Positions 26,116 through 40,940 of a stretch of DNA of 64,000 bases are shown in pieces. Origin of the DNA: Felis catus (lineage: Eukaryota). The stretch's first letter is position 1. Each line of letters opens with the position of its first letter. The stretch is taken from NCBI RefSeq assembly GCF_018350175.1, contig NC_058368.1, forward strand, positions 127,846,001-127,910,000, in the 5' to 3' direction. The position numbers were made by a program, and so were the translations under genes. The notes beneath the pieces were generated by a model. The model was given only the letters and a program-made list of their open reading frames with translations. It made no database searches and was not told the origin of the DNA.

Positions 26116-26394
26116 ATTTCTTGAGGCAGGTAAGAGAATATTCCAGAAGGAAGGTTAAGTATTCCATATCACAGAGAATTACGACTTCTGTGATAACAAT
26201 TATATATACAGTTGTCCTAAATGTGCCCAAAATGGAATTTGCAATTTGGCTATTTGCTGTTGCCGCACTATATCCGTGGGTTGATTTGCACAGCTAGTTT
26301 TACTTTGGAAGGTGAGCTGGGAAGGAGATTGATGCCTTGGATTTGCAGTTGTCATGTTGAAGTGAGAGGAATAAGAAACAAGAGAATAGTAGGT

Positions 26395-26745
26395 GCTGTG
26401 GACAGAATTGTGCCCCTAAATTCATATGCTGAAACTCTATTCCCCAAGGGTACTGTATTTGGCTATATGGCCTTTAGGAGGATATCAAGGTTACTTGTGG
26501 TCCTAAGGATCTGGTACCCTTATAAGATGAGGAAGACAGAGCAGAACCCTCTCTATCTCCCATGTGAAGATACAGTAGCAAGGCAGCTCTGTCTGAAACC
26601 CAGAAGAGATATCATCAGGAACCTGACTATGCTGGCACCATGATTTCAGACTTCCAGCCCCCAGAAGAGTGAAAAAATAAATTCCTGTCATTTAAGCCAC
26701 CCATTCCATGCGATCATGTTATGGTAGCCTGAATTGAGTAATACT
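26395..26745 (+). mobile_element. MaLR MLT1A-type LTR
   Basis: aaattcatatgctgaaactc, gacttccagcccccagaa, tttaagccaccca, gttatggtagcc. Confidence 0.85.
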
Positions 26746-29667
26746 GTAGGGGTTTGGGGAATGTCATGGTGTCTGTCACCTTTCTTTCTAAAAAATATTG
26801 GATGCCCCTAAACACAATACATTCACAAATGATAGCTTGGCTTTCAGCCCAAAAGAAGAGAGGGGTTATCACGAGATGATCAAGAAACTACATTCATTAA
26901 AAACAAAACAAAACTCTGAGCACAAACAGGGTACAGGGGACAAAATACAGCATGAAGGTTGGCAAAGAGCCAGTTCCTCCATCATCTTAGACATATGGAT
27001 GTCAGAGACCACAGATACATCATACACAGAGAGAGGGATCGGGCACCACTGAAGGGTGGCCCTGCCTAGAAGGACAGCCTTCCCCTGTAGGACAGCAAGG
27101 AGACAGACTCAGGTGAGGGATGGCAAGGAACACAACTGTTTACAGTGCATGTGAAACATTGGAGACTCTCAGAAATAAACGGAGGAGATTGGAACAGGAA
27201 GACAAAGAGGAAAGACAGGAGTGACTGAGAAGATGCAGCCATGCAAAGGAGGGGGGGAGGCAGACACAATGAATTAGATCAGGCAACACTGTTAATGGAA
27301 CCTCATTGTATTCATAGGTTTTGAGTGATCTAGTGACATTTTACAATATACATTATTTGCCTTTTATATAACATATTTATCATAACAAACTTTTGAAAGT
27401 TTTGCCCGAAGTGTAGTAATAGTGTACTTGGATTCTTTTTCTTTTTCTTCATTCCGTTTTTATAGAAGGAACTGTTTTATTACCCATGTCACTTACTTTT
27501 GCCTGAGATTTTCAGGAAAAGCTGTGACATGCTACTAAAAAAGCACAAATTCTTATTTTAACTTCCATAAATGTTTAGTTCAGTCAGACATTTCTCTGCT
27601 TCTAGAAATATATATCTTAATGTAAAATGATCTTCCCAGGAATAAAAAATTGCCAGAAAAATATACTAACTGACATGATGCTCACAAGGCTGGTACCTCT
27701 GAGGAAAGGCCTAGAAAGAATCTGACAAATTACTGTCAGGTAGCCCATTTAAGAAACACTCACTAAATGACAGTGGAATCAAATTCCTTGACACAGCCAG
27801 AATCAGTTTTTACAGCAGTGATCCATCCATGCTTTCCAGGTTATTTCATATGCATATCTATACCTACGCTAAAATTTATTCATCACTACTGAACACCTTA
27901 GATAAGAGACTAGAGCAGGACAAGACCATGGTCTCAGTGGCCTTTTATATAGCAGCATCCGTAAGGTCTAGGAGAAGAGAATCCCCATTCCCAGAGGGAA
28001 TCTAGGTAGGGGAGCATGGAGAAAACTCTGTGCTTTGAGAAGCAAGCAGTGTGGCTCATGCTACAGGAAGCTAAAAAATGGCTAAGGATTCCTAGAGGAA
28101 AGATTGGCTCTACAAAAAAAAAAAAAAAAAAAAAAAGGAGTTGAGACCAGTGAATATGCTATCAGTTGCTGTCATCTAACTGCCCCTTTCTTTCCACACA
28201 CACTTGGCAACCTTACCCTAAGGGCTTCCTTGCCCTTGCTGGGCAACATGCACTCCAAGGACACTGGGTGATGTACAGGTCTGGGATTTGGATTCTTGTT
28301 TTCTGCAATGCTGCACTGATGGACACAGTGATGTTAGAGTCCCTTCTTCAGGTAGGGCAAGAGAAGCTGGAGAGCACAGACCTGCTTCTATTTGGGGTAG
28401 TAGGAAGCTAGGCTCTACTCAGTGCACAGGTTCTTTAATGCTCCCCAAACTTTCTTCTATTAGCTTTCAGAGACAACCAACCCTATCAGAGTCAAGGTAG
28501 GTGAGATGGAGGTAATGTAACTAAGTGAAATAGAAGTAAGTGAGATGGAGATGGAAGTACCACCTTCCTAGTCTCTCCCATGCCATCTTGTCATCCCATC
28601 ACCTGTCTTATCTATGCAAGGATGTCCCTGCTGAATCATCTTTCCAACACAACAATGAAATATGGGGTAATTGCTTGCTTGGGGCCAAGCCCAGGCACTC
28701 CCCTGCCTCAGATGTTTGTATAAAGGAAACATGGCTAACGTGTAAGTGCAACCCATTCACTGGGGTGCAGGCCACCAGGTCTTACTAGAGGAAGAGACAG
28801 AAGGGTCCCTGCTCTGCTCATCCAGCACTAAGTCACAGTCCTCTCAACTTCCGCTCCCCACACATCTTTTTCTATTACCCTTTCACCTCCTACTGATTAT
28901 TACTTATTTTTAAAGCTTTTTAGTTTGATTTTCTTTCACTTCCTTAGTTCTAAATTTATTTTCTTAATCTTTAATTTCCTTTACATATTTATTTTCATAA
29001 TATAACTCTACTCTTTTAATACCTTATCTGCTTTGATTTTATTTCTAACCTTTGGCCTCATTTGTCTCTTAACTTTTTTTTACTGATTTAAATATATTTC
29101 ATCCTACCATGAATTTCCCAATCATTTGTCTTTTTGTTAGGATGTTAGTTCTTTTTTTTTCCCTTTCCTTTCTATTCTTGCTTTCAGCTTAAAAAAATTA
29201 AACCCTTCTAACCTACTCTTCCCTATCTCTTATTTCTAAGTTGGATATATTCTCCTCTTATTTTCTTCTCTTTCTCCCATAGACTTGTCCACAGAATAGA
29301 GACCTTTCACTATGACCTAGAAGGTAGAAGGCCTTTGTCCCCAGTCTTTTCCATCGTGCATCCCTCCAGATATCTATGCTCACCTTTCCAAGGACATCCC
29401 TCCAACATTCTAACCTCAAGAAATTAAAAAGACTATAGGTTAATAATTCTCATCAGGGCTATAATTCTCAATAGATTATTGTTGCTGCTAACACTTTATG
29501 CTATCAAGTCCATGCCTCCAATCTCTATGTATTTTTAGCATATCTGATGATCAAATATGGGTTAACTATGGCTACAGTTGGCAATAGTCTCTAAGGATTT
29601 TTAGAAGAGGAAGTCAGACCTGGGAAGAAACCCTCAATTGCCGGTGACAATCAAACTTCAATTTTAT

Positions 29668-29887
29668 TTTATCTAAAATATTTTGTTAGGTTTGTTTGTT
29701 TGTCTGTTTATTGAGAGGGTGCAAGAGCTGGGGAGAAGCAGAGAGAGAGAGGAAGAGAGGGAATCCCAAGCAGGTTCCACACTCATCATGGAGCCTGACA
29801 CGGGGCTCAATTTCATCAACCATGAGATCATGACCTCAGCTGAAATCAAGACAGATGCTTAATTGACTGAGCCACTCAGGCACCCCT
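29668..29887 (-). mobile_element. CanSINE
   Basis: Reverse head ...gactgagccactcaggcacccc. Confidence 0.88.
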
Positions 29888-30787
29888 AAGATATTTTTGA
29901 TTAAGTATTTATTCCCTCATATATTTTAAAGTCAAATTTATTTCTTTTCATCATAAGTTTAAATATTTGCAAAATAAATAAATAAGTAAAAAGCAAACAA
30001 ATTCCAGGAATGGGCTACCCACTGTAAAATTCACATTTTAAAATAAAACTGTTAAGTAACTTCCTTAAACTGTATCCAATGAAATCTAAAGGCCATGGCA
30101 ATTTGGTCTCCATTATTCATTAAAAAAATTTACGAACCAATTCTTCATTAACAACCAGAAATTTAGTACTGTTAACATTTCTCCTTAAACTTGTATTTCC
30201 ATTCTATTTACTTAGAAATTATCAAATTCGTAATGTATTTTAAATTTTAATGCATTTTATAGCCCTATCAAATGTCTATGCAACAAAAAAGCATGTAAGT
30301 GGACATTTAGTTGTTAAAAAATACACTGCAACAATAATGCTTCAAATATTAAAATTTTCCTTTTAAATGTAGCTATCATTATAATCACACAGTTTAGTAT
30401 ATAATTATTCAAAACATGTTATAAGTTTAATAACTGTGAAATGTAAAAACTAAAGTTTCATTGGAAATTCATCTCTTAATGAGATAAATGGTCTTGAATT
30501 TCTCAATCTGCTCATTTGTGAGTGAATATATTTCACTGCAGAATAAATTATATTCCTATATTTAAGTTTTATAACAAGTGCTATAAATAAATACATATAT
30601 GGGAAAAGGGGTAAGTTTTGGTACAATAGCATCATTAGTTGCCTTGCAATGAAGACACATGCCAAAAAGTACTCCAAAACTGAGGATGTAACATCAAACA
30701 TCATTCTCAACTATCTATCAGTTGTAGCCTTGAAATACATCCTCCTTCGATTTTGTTAAAAGCAAAGAATTGATAATAATTTTTTTT

Positions 30788-30833
<46 letters not shown>

Positions 30834-30868
30834 TCGCTCAATCATTAGAGTAGTTCACTTTTTCATAC

Positions 30869-30961
30869 CAGTCCCAAGATAGTATTTCAAATAATCCTTT
30901 TGATTTCTTTCAGAAAATTTTTTGGTATTTTTCATAGCAATGCACCATAGTGAAATTTGGA
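30869..30961 (-). pseudogene. 93-nt exon: QISLWCIAMKNTKKFSERNQKDYLKYYLGT
   Basis: cctctttcctag| acceptor and CTG|gtatga donor; open frame, phase 1->1. Confidence 0.65.
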
Positions 30962-31164
30962 CTAGGAAAGAGGTCAAAATTTCTTTGTCAAGTGGGAGAG
31001 GAACAATTATGAAAAGAGAAATTGGAAAAGAGAACTTGTAACTTCATCTGGATTCATTATCAGGCAGATCTGTTTTAGGAAAGGGAACACATGTTAACTG
31101 AGGGTTTGAAATGATGTTTTCAAAAGTACACACAACCAAGTAACTTTGTAATGCCTTTGCATAC

Positions 31165-31434
31165 TGCAGAATTCATACACACAGTGTGAAGACCGCAGCT
31201 CCATGAAATGCCCCTGGGTCTGACTTTAGGAAGGCACTGTGAAGTGTTCAATCTTTTCAAAGGTATTAATGGGAGAAGGTACAATATCACATTTCCAAGT
31301 GGGCCTCAGGTATAGCTCTACACCAGGTGGAGTCTAACAGCTATTGAAAGATGGGGTCCCCTGCCTTCTTGACAGGGTCACAGGTCATGAGTTCTGCCCA
31401 AGCAGCAATGGCCTTGGGTTCCTCTGGAAATGTC
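31165..31434 (-). pseudogene. Large frameshifted exon: TFPEEPKAIAAWAELMTCDPVKKAGDPIFQ*LL / VELYLRPTWKCDIVPSPINTFEKI / LHSAFLKSDPGAFHGAAVFTLC
   Basis: ctttctttcacacag| acceptor; gtatga/gtatgc donors at 31179/31165. Resembles an RGSL1 segment as I recall it (KKNGNAIFRHLL...ELYL). Confidence 0.6.
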
Positions 31435-33187
31435 CTGTGTGAAAGAAAGTGACTAATACTTTATTATTTATTTCTTTATTCCTATGAAGCAATTAGAGTC
31501 TCAGAAGGGTAACTACACCAAGGTCATGGGCACTACTTCACAGCCCTTCCTTCTTCACATTGAGAGCACATTAATACCACCCACCCTCCACCCCCATTCC
31601 AGCAGAACCTACTATGACATTACACAACATGATTTTTACCTTAATTCTGCCTCTGAAAGTGACCTTTCTCTCTTCTTCCTGACCTCTGGTTCCCTTTATG
31701 TAGCACCCAACACTTCCTCTTTGTTTTACTGATAGCTAAGAAGTCCCACACCAGTGCAGAAGTGATGCAATATATTACCAGCCTTATTTTAGGAGTTCCT
31801 AAAAGACCAGAAAGTTATACGCATCATTTGTGCTAACAACTCCCTGGTTAGGTTTAGCAGCATGTCCCCACAGAAACACAATAGTAACTTGTGCCTGCAC
31901 ACTTGGTGAACTTCGCAAGGGCTTCCAAGAAGTTCTCTTTCTTCATTGCATCCCATTCTCTCACTCATTTTATCCATACTGGCCTTCCTTCAGTTCCTGA
32001 GTTGACCTTTGCCTGTACTACTTTCTCTACTTAGATTTTACTTCACTCACAATTGCTGACAACTTGTCATTCTACAGGTCACTGCTAACATATTTTCTTC
32101 CCAAAGAACTTTTTTATAACATCTCCCTTCTCACCATCGGAGGTAACCCCTTCTATTACTTTTTTAAGCTCTCTGATCTTTTTTTCCCCCCTGAGCTCTC
32201 ATGCTCACTTAGAATTATATGGAATTATATGGTTACTTACTCATCTGATTAGTTCACATCAGTCTCCTCCAATTAACTGTACATCAGGTCCATTTTGCTC
32301 ATTGCAGTGAACACAGCTGATGCCTAACTTACAAATGCATAGTAAATGTTTGTTGAATACATGAATTAACCCAGGACCTTTGAGGGATTCATCTCAAGTA
32401 CTTTCAGAAAAAAATGTCTCCCTCACCTGATACCAAGTGAATTGCATAATTTTGGACACCAAATATGGGATTAGTGCTACATTTGATATGTTGAATAGCC
32501 AAAACAAAACAAAACAAGGCAGGGAAAGACTCGGCTAAAGTAAAAGCATGCAAAAGGGAAAATATAAGCCACTCATGAGTTGGATAAGGTTAAAACTATT
32601 AAATTCCGTATTCTTTCAAAATAAACTCAATACAATAAATTTATATAGGCAAACCTATATATTTTCAAAATAGAATTTTCAAAATAGAATCATTAGCCCC
32701 ATTATGTACAATCCTTACTTACTCACTGCCTAAGCCTCAGGATTATTCTTTAATACTGTATAGCTTTTCTTTAACAATTTCAAGATCAACAGAGCATACA
32801 GCATTTGAACTGTTCAAATGAAGTGCCCCTAAAACCGCTTAAGATTCAGTCTTAATAATGGGCTTGTTCCTTGACAAATGTTTACCTCTAATGACTCTAA
32901 GGATATAGTCTGGCCTGGCTAGTGCCTAAGTTTAGACTTTACCATTGGTAAAAGAGACAGCTCTGACTCCACTTGACTTGTAAACTCCTGGCTTGTTAGA
33001 AATCCCCTCTAAATTTTAGGCTAGTTTTCTTCATTATAAATTGCAAACTGAAACTTTTCTAGCTACTGTTCTATAAAATCCGACAAGCTTCAGGCCCAAT
33101 TATCTTTGATATGGAGCACTGTTTCATACCTTATCACTCTGTGGAAAAATTCATGAGGACTAATACAAGAATATGTGTAGTTTTTAC

Positions 33188-33221
33188 CTATGAGTTCATG
33201 TGAGCCAGAATTGGTAATGAG
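33188..33221 (-). pseudogene. Candidate 34-nt exon, frame unresolved
   Basis: ttttgttttcatttaactag| acceptor and TAG|gtaaaa donor. Confidence 0.35.
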
Positions 33222-36200
33222 CTAGTTAAATGAAAACAAAATAAATCCCTCATTTGATGATTAATATGACTGCAGGAGTAAGCATAAAAATGGTGTTGTA
33301 AGCATTCAATGAAGAACCACAGTCATGTGCTATGTATGATCCCACCCCTTTTTAAATTGTAGCCTAATTATTTGGCACTACTCTTATATGAATGAAGTCC
33401 CTAGGCAAGTTTTATTCTTCCCTATTGACAGAAATTATGAATATAACATTTTATGACAGTGATTTTTAACATTTCATTGGGGAGGGGCATTTGAAAAGCT
33501 GGTAAAAGTGAATGATTTTCTCCCAGAAAAAAAAAAATATGCATATATCATTTATCCACCAAAATCTGCATACAATTTTAAGAGGTTTGGTGACCCATTT
33601 GAAATACACACAAGGAAAGAAAAATTAAAACAAAACAAACAAGAAAACAAGCTACAGAGCAACTGTTTTCATCTTCAGTTGGTGTCCCAAACAATTCTCT
33701 TCAAGTCAGTTACTCAAAGTAATTCTCTTATGTAACTGTTAATCCTACACACTTATATGGTAACCCAGGTTGGAAAGTCAGCAATTCCACATAATTGCAA
33801 AAAATATGAAGATAGTAAGTTAGAAGTTAGTAAGTAGTTGCTGCTTTGAATTTCCTTGAATCCCTACCGATTTAACCTGCTCCAGTCCCCAAACCACCTA
33901 GGATCCTACCACTGTCCAGCAACCAGGAAAATGAAGCTTGAGTTACAGCAGGGGCCTCCAGGAAACAGTCCCGATGTGAATATCAATGCCAATTCTGACT
34001 ATGAAGTGCCCATGCCTTACGTAGGTTTCATGAAATATCATTAAATAACCCCTGAGTTAACTCATTTAGTTTTTCCTAAAAGCAATAATGTACCTAGAAG
34101 GACAAAAAGGACAGTACGGACTTTAGTCCACTGAAATTTTAAGTAGAACGAAGCTGTTACTTTTAAGTCTTTGAAGGGGTAGGAGACTGAAAAAATTAGT
34201 TACAGGTTAATTTTCCAGTGGAAAAGCAAGAAAGCAGAGTGGAAGGGAGTTTGGGAAGAGGAGATTTGGGATAGGCTGGGTCAAATGGTGAGTGAAATGG
34301 CGTATAGCTTTAACTTGTGTAGCCAGGTGTTTATGACTGCTTAGTCTCCTGTCCTTTGGGAAACCATCACACTCTGATTTTACATGAGTCTGGAAGGGTT
34401 TCTCTTCCTACTCTTCACTTCCCAATTTCCAGGAATAACCAGTTGTATTATCTCATTGTCCATTTAACAGTATTGTGTCCAGAGAGTAGTCATGTAATCC
34501 AACCAATCAGCCAAGCAGAATACTTCCCTATATTGACATACTGATGCTGGGAGAAAGAAGTTCTGAGCAATGGGAGGTTGTGCCACCCATTTCAGGTGGA
34601 GAGAGCCAATGTGCGGATGAAGCCAAGAAGAGGTAGGAAAATGATGAAGAAAAAAAACCCACCAACGATGAAATAAGTCTCTGAGGTTCTGGCTATAAAG
34701 TTATTCTTTTTTTATCTGTAAGTCTTCAAATATTATTCCAGCTAAGATGGTTCATACATTGTCATCAATATTTTTATTATTCAAATAACTTAACTTACCT
34801 TGAGCTGGACTTCTTTGCAACCAAAGAGTTCTGATTAATTTAGAGGACTAGGCTAGGGGCCACATCTACGTAAAAAAAAAAAGGGATCTGAAAATAACGT
34901 AATTATTCTAACAAGATAAAAAATTCTAAATAGAAGAGAGGGATTGCCAATATTAACACAAGAGACTTCACAGCTGTGATCATTTTTAAAAGCACATGTT
35001 CTGATGTTTTTAATTGCTTAGCAATAATAGGGCAAGAGAGCCACCTATTATATTCATTGAAAATACTCTGCAGTTTAGAAATGCCACTTTTATTCTGATA
35101 GCAAAAATACACAAACACACACTTACACATTTACATACTGATTAAAGGTCAACTAGAATATGCACATTTTTCTGACAGTTTATGTTAAGAAAGCCTTAAA
35201 TATTTCGAGTGAAACAATAGGGAGACTGAAGTGCAGTTTTCACATAGATTTTCTAATAACATAGAATATGTGGAAGCTTTATTTTTAAAAGAAGACATAG
35301 GCTTTCTGATAGAAAATCAAACGACAAATCATCACTTTGATTATTAACTAATTTCTTACTCCATCTCCAAGGAGCTTTAAAAGCAAAAGAACTGTTAGAT
35401 ACTATGAGTTTTTCACCTATAAAATTTTCACATTCAAGAATCAATATTCCAGCCTTTCTAATAACAAAATGAGACCATGAGTACATTTTATGAACCAATA
35501 CATAATTATTCCTATTCAGTAGAGAGAGTTATTAAGCTTCATAGCACTTACTAAAAGCTTTAACCATGAGAGGAATTTTCCATAAGAGTAGAAAACTTGT
35601 CACAATGATCTGAAAAGTAGATCATAAGGTAGTATAAGGACACATGACTCTAAAGTGAAAGAGTTGCAGTGATTCCATCTGCTGCCTAAGGCAGACATAT
35701 AACTGAGAAACTCACGGAAGGCGCTAGAAACAGAGTCACAACCTTTATACTCCGAAACAACCTTCAACAACCTCAGTAGCAACACCACAGAAATCTCACT
35801 CGTTCTGTAGTGGAGTTCCTCTAATTCTATTACAGTGAGTGCTGGAACTAAGGCCATATGTACCATGTGAACAGACTCTAGGTCCATTATAAGCCCTGGA
35901 GCAAGATCCATGGGCCTGGGCCACAAGTGACTGGGGCTACTGTAAACAACCAACTCTGTAAGTCGTAACCAGCTATGCCACTGCACCCAGGCAAGCCTGA
36001 CCACCTCACCACGAAACACAGCCTGCCAGGTTCAAGCATTTCATCAGGACTGATTCTAGCCTTACCAGGGCAAAGTGTTGCGAGTCAAACCTCAAACCAA
36101 TTCATTATGAGTGTTTAAATCTAATGGGTTCAGGAGAAGACAATGTTGGGCTAAGTGTGTAAGTCACATAATATAAAAAAGCACAATGGTGGGACAGGTG

Positions 36201-37489
36201 TGAGATATCCCTAGAGAAGCCTTGGAATCACACTGTGGTCAAACAAAAGGAGATACTCAGCACAGATCCTGTCCTCAGTTATGTGCTGGGTGTTACACAT
36301 CTGACATGATTTAGGTTCTCCTGGTCATCCTCTGAAAAGATTCAATGGGTTCTCTAAATTCTGTAATAATCTAGATATGGTGGCCATGGACACAATGGTC
36401 TTCTAGTTTCTCCTTATATTTAGGAGAGTGACTGCAGAGTTTCTCCTTATTGTTGCCTCAGATTTTGGGGTGGGGTGTGGGCTTTCCCCTGAGAAATATC
36501 CCAGTTTTTATATCAGAGGGAGAGGATAGAAAGAGCTGCTTATTGAAATACCTTCATGCCTAGGTAGAAGTCTAGGCTTCAGAGATGAACCAGAGAGTGA
36601 AACAAAGACAAAGTGCTGGCTGTTGCCTTTGCCCTCTCTCTGTCCTGGACCACTCATCCCTGGGGACTCCATGGTAGGAAGTAAGAACAGAAAGTTTAAT
36701 TCCAGGGGCAACTCTGTAGGCTTGTGCCATATTCTCTCCAAAAGAATCCAACAATGAAAAAATTCTTATTTCAAATAGTTAAAAAAATAATTCTTCAGTA
36801 AGATTAGGGTGATTTTTAACTTGGAAGCTGATTTGATATTTGAAAAGTTTTTGGCAAAGAACTTTTAGTGATACATATGTAGTTCTATAGATATAAACAT
36901 ATAAATTGAATTATAAAAATGTTTATACGTGTGTTCCAAAAGCTAATATATAATGACTATCTCTGGAAGGTAAAATTATATGCAATTTTAATATTCATCT
37001 CTATAATTCTGGGAGATTTTTTCCTCTAAATTTTCTTCAGTGAGTACCTGCTACATTTGCAATCTGGAAAATCAGTAATTTTTTTAGTGAAAAAGACAAA
37101 TAGCAAATGACATTTTAAAATATGATATTGTTGGCCATGCCAATAGCATTAACTTTAGAGTCAATGACACATAGAATTGGATTCCAGCTTGGTCACATAC
37201 TAACTGTACGACTTTAACAAGGCTGAGTTTCCATATATCACAAGTCTCAAAGTGCCCATTACTTCATCTCAGGGAATGATCTGTCAGTGGAAGAGTGAAT
37301 AATTAAAAAGAGTCCTTAATGGGGCATTTTATAAAACCTCGAAAACAAAGCTGAAGATTAATCTGAATGTTAACAAAAATGGAGAAATCCTTTTTTGTAT
37401 GATTCTAAATAGTTTGACTAAGAAAGCATTTAGCATCATAGGACTCCCAGGTTAAAAGGGAAAGAATGCTCATATTTAAATGGTTACTA

Positions 37490-37904
37490 ATATGGGTTTG
37501 AATTGTTGTCCCCCCAAAATTCATATGTTAAAGTCCTCATCTCTACTACCTTAAAATGTGACCTTATTTGAAGATAGGGTCTTTACAGAAGTAATTACAT
37601 TAAAATGAGGTCATTAGGGTGAGCCCTAATCCAATATGACTGACATCTTTATAATAAAAGGGGAAATTTGAACACAGATATGCATAAAGGCAAGACGATA
37701 TCAAGAGACATAGAATATGGCCTTCTAAAAGCCAAGGAGAAAGGTCTGGAACAAATCCCTTTTTCAAATCCCTCAGAAAAAAATGACTCAGCCAATACCT
37801 TGGTTTCAAATTTCTAGCCTACAGAAATGGCAGGCATAAATCTCTATTGCTTAAAGCCACTCAGTGTGTGGTGCTTTGTTACAGAAGCCCTAGGAAACTA
37901 ATAC
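37490..37904 (+). mobile_element. MaLR MLT1B/C-type LTR
   Basis: aaattcatatgttaaagtcct, atgtgaccttatttg, ggaaactaataca end. Confidence 0.88.
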
Positions 37905-37936
37905 AATTACTTTATTTTGATAAATACTTACATTTT

Positions 37937-39585
37937 GAGACACCTGGATGGCTCAGTCAGTTAAGCACCTGACTTTGGCTAAGGTCATGATCTCACAGTT
38001 CCTAAGTGCAAGCCCCTCATCTGGCTCCGTGCTGACAGCTCAGAGCCTGGAGGATGCTTCGGGTTCTGTGGCTCGGTCTCTTCCCCTCCCCCACTCATGC
38101 TCTGTCTCTCTCTTTCTCAAAAATAAATAAATTAAAATATATATATATATATACACAAACACACATACACACTTGTATTTTTGTATACATACCAGTCATT
38201 TGTTTTCACCCTCATGAAAGCAAAATTCACAGCGAGAAAGCTAGCATTTATGAAAACACTTGGCATAAAGCAAGAGAAGCAAAAGCTACATAACAGAATT
38301 TCTAAAAACCATTATTTAATCCAATTCTCCCAGAGGGAATCAGAATAAGCTACTCATTTTCTTTCAAAAAGAAAAAACAAAACTTAGAATTTTATAAAGT
38401 CAAATTGTTTGCTCTGTGACTCAACCTTACTGTACATTAAGAATAAACATTGGTGGGTGGCGCAGTCAGTTAAGCGTCCGACTTCAGCCAGGTCACGATC
38501 TCGCGGTCGGTGAGTTCGATCCCCGCGTCAGGCTCTGGGCTGATGGCTCAGAGCCTGGAGCCTGTTTCCGATTCTGTGTCTCCCTCTCTCTCTGCCCCTC
38601 CCCCGTTCATGCTCTGTCTCTCTCTGTCCCAAAAATAAATTAAAAAAAAAAAAAAAAAAAACGTTGAAAAAAAAAGAATAAACATTGGAACGCCTGGGTG
38701 GCTCAGTGGGTTGAGTGTCTGACTTCAGCTCAGGTGATAATCTCATAGTTTGTGGGTCTGAGCCCTGCATCAGGCTCTGTACTTAGAGCTAGGAGCCTGG
38801 AACCTGCTTCAGATTCTGTGTCCCCCCCTCTCTCTGCCTCTCCCCTGCTCATGATCTGTCTCTCTCTCTCTTTTTCAAAAATAAACAAACATCACTAAGT
38901 AAATAAACAAACAAACACACACACACTATATAAGATGAAAAGGCAACCTTAAATCATGGTCCTCATGCCATATATTCATTTGTATGTTACATACAGGCAC
39001 AAAAAGCTATCTAAAAAGTTTACTTTTACAAGTCACTGAATACTAATGCATAATTTTAATGAGACTAGAAATATGCTGGTCAAGGCTGAAATCCTGAAAG
39101 CTAACGACTGAGGCAATCAAGATGTTTCCAAGAGGGAATAACAGAATTCAGAGCCTTTATGGTATTTAATTACACGGCTTCCAGGCCATTAGTTTATAAG
39201 GAAAAATTGAGTTCTTTCAATCTCATTCCTAAATCTTTTTTTTTTTTTTAACCAAGTCTCTTCTTTCTTTTCTTTCTCAATGCCTGAGGAAACACTATTA
39301 AAATGCGTGTGTCTTGGGGCACCTGGGTGGCTCAGTCGGTTAAGCAGCCCACTTCGCTCAGGTCGTGATATCGCGGTCGGTGAGTTCAAGCCCTGCATCG
39401 GCCTCTGTGTTGACAGCTCAGAGCCTGGAGCCTGTTTCAGATTCTGTGTCTCCCTCTCTCTGACCCTCCCCTGTTCATGCTCTGTCTCTCCCTGTCTCAA
39501 AAATAAATAAATAAATAAAAATTTATTTAATAAATAAAATAAAATAAAATAAAATAAAATAAAATAAAATAAATAAAATAAAATG
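37937..39585 (+). mobile_element. Four felid CanSINEs (about 37937-38135, 38452-38675, 38687-38905, 39316-39585)
   Basis: Recognisable heads, (CT)n tracts, A-rich tails and TSDs. Confidence 0.92.
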
Positions 39586-40940
39586 GGTGTGTCTTCATTT
39601 AGTGAGGCTCTTACTGTACTTGTAGACCAGGTCATGGACCAACAATCTATTTTGAGGGTTTCAGAATTGTCAACTCTTATTGATATTCATTTCAACCAAA
39701 TAGGATGTGATGTGTTTAGGTTAAAAATGACTGTGACCCAGTAATGCTCTTATTCTGAAAACCAGAGCCAGAGAAAAGAGTTCTGGAGAGGGCAGAGAGT
39801 TTAAAATGAGTGGAACAGAACAAGTGCTTCCCAACGGTCATGTGTTGCATGTTGCTTCATTGAATGCTGTGAGGTGCTGTGATCTCTATCTACAAATGAG
39901 AAAACAAGGGCTTAGAAAGATTAAGTCTTTTGCTGAAGGACAAATAGAGAGCAAGTGGGGAACTGCCATGAAGCCTTGTCCTTCTGATTCTAAACCTCAT
40001 TCACATCTGAAACTATACACACAGTATCTACAGTCCAAGTAAAAAGAAATTGTGAACTGCTTTTCTGACCTTATTCTCCATAAATGTCAGATTATACAGT
40101 GTTCAGAGTATGACTATATTACTGGACTTAATTGTCTTACCTTTTTGGTATATTTTATATTAGAGTATTTGAGATGATGTAGTAAATTTGTATATAATCT
40201 AAAGTTGATACTTGCTTTCAGAGATACCTAAAATCCATAATTCCCAGAACAATAAAGTGATATTAGAGATTCAGTTAGTAGCCATTTTCCTGACTGTTAT
40301 CTATTTCTTTATTTATTTGATGTATTGTGTATACATGTGGGTGCATGTACGTGTGTGTGTATCTGTGTGTTACATCAAGTGTTGTGATGGGCATCAGGAA
40401 TCCAGTAACATCAAAGTCAGAAAGGGTTTCTGTTCTAACGTTTACAGACTACTGAGACCCAGACAGAAATCAGATATATACTTGCTTGTATATGGTAATG
40501 GAGATAAAAAGAGACTAGAAACTTCTATTTTAGTCAACAGTTTCAACCTCACTGGATGTGAAGTAAAATTAATCACTTGAGGAAGACTGCTTACTTACAT
40601 AAAAGAGTAGGGACTGCTTCTTACTTAGCCCTAAATCTATCTCTAGCACCTAGTACCCAATCAATGCCTGTTACCCTTAGCTAAACTGAACTTCTTTCTC
40701 ACTAAACCTTCTATCACAGGTCACAATCAGACAAGATGATTTAAGACTGACTTCCACTTACTCCTTGCCTCAGGCAAACTCGCAGCCTAAAACTGTCAAC
40801 ACTCAGGCTAAACCGAACAAATGTAAGGGAGCATAAACCGTCTTTGAATAATTAATTGAAACCTGAGTAGAATGTTAACTGCTAAGTAGAAAGGGTCAAG
40901 ACTGATTTTGTTTTCACCCACGGCTTCTGTTTTTTCTCAC

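Noticed and set aside
26221..26643. 140-aa plus-strand ORF
   Set aside because: It runs through an MLT1 LTR.
35600..36019. 139-aa minus-strand ORF
   Set aside because: No recognisable domain or convincing splice boundaries; probably degraded ERV-L/MaLR-internal or chance.
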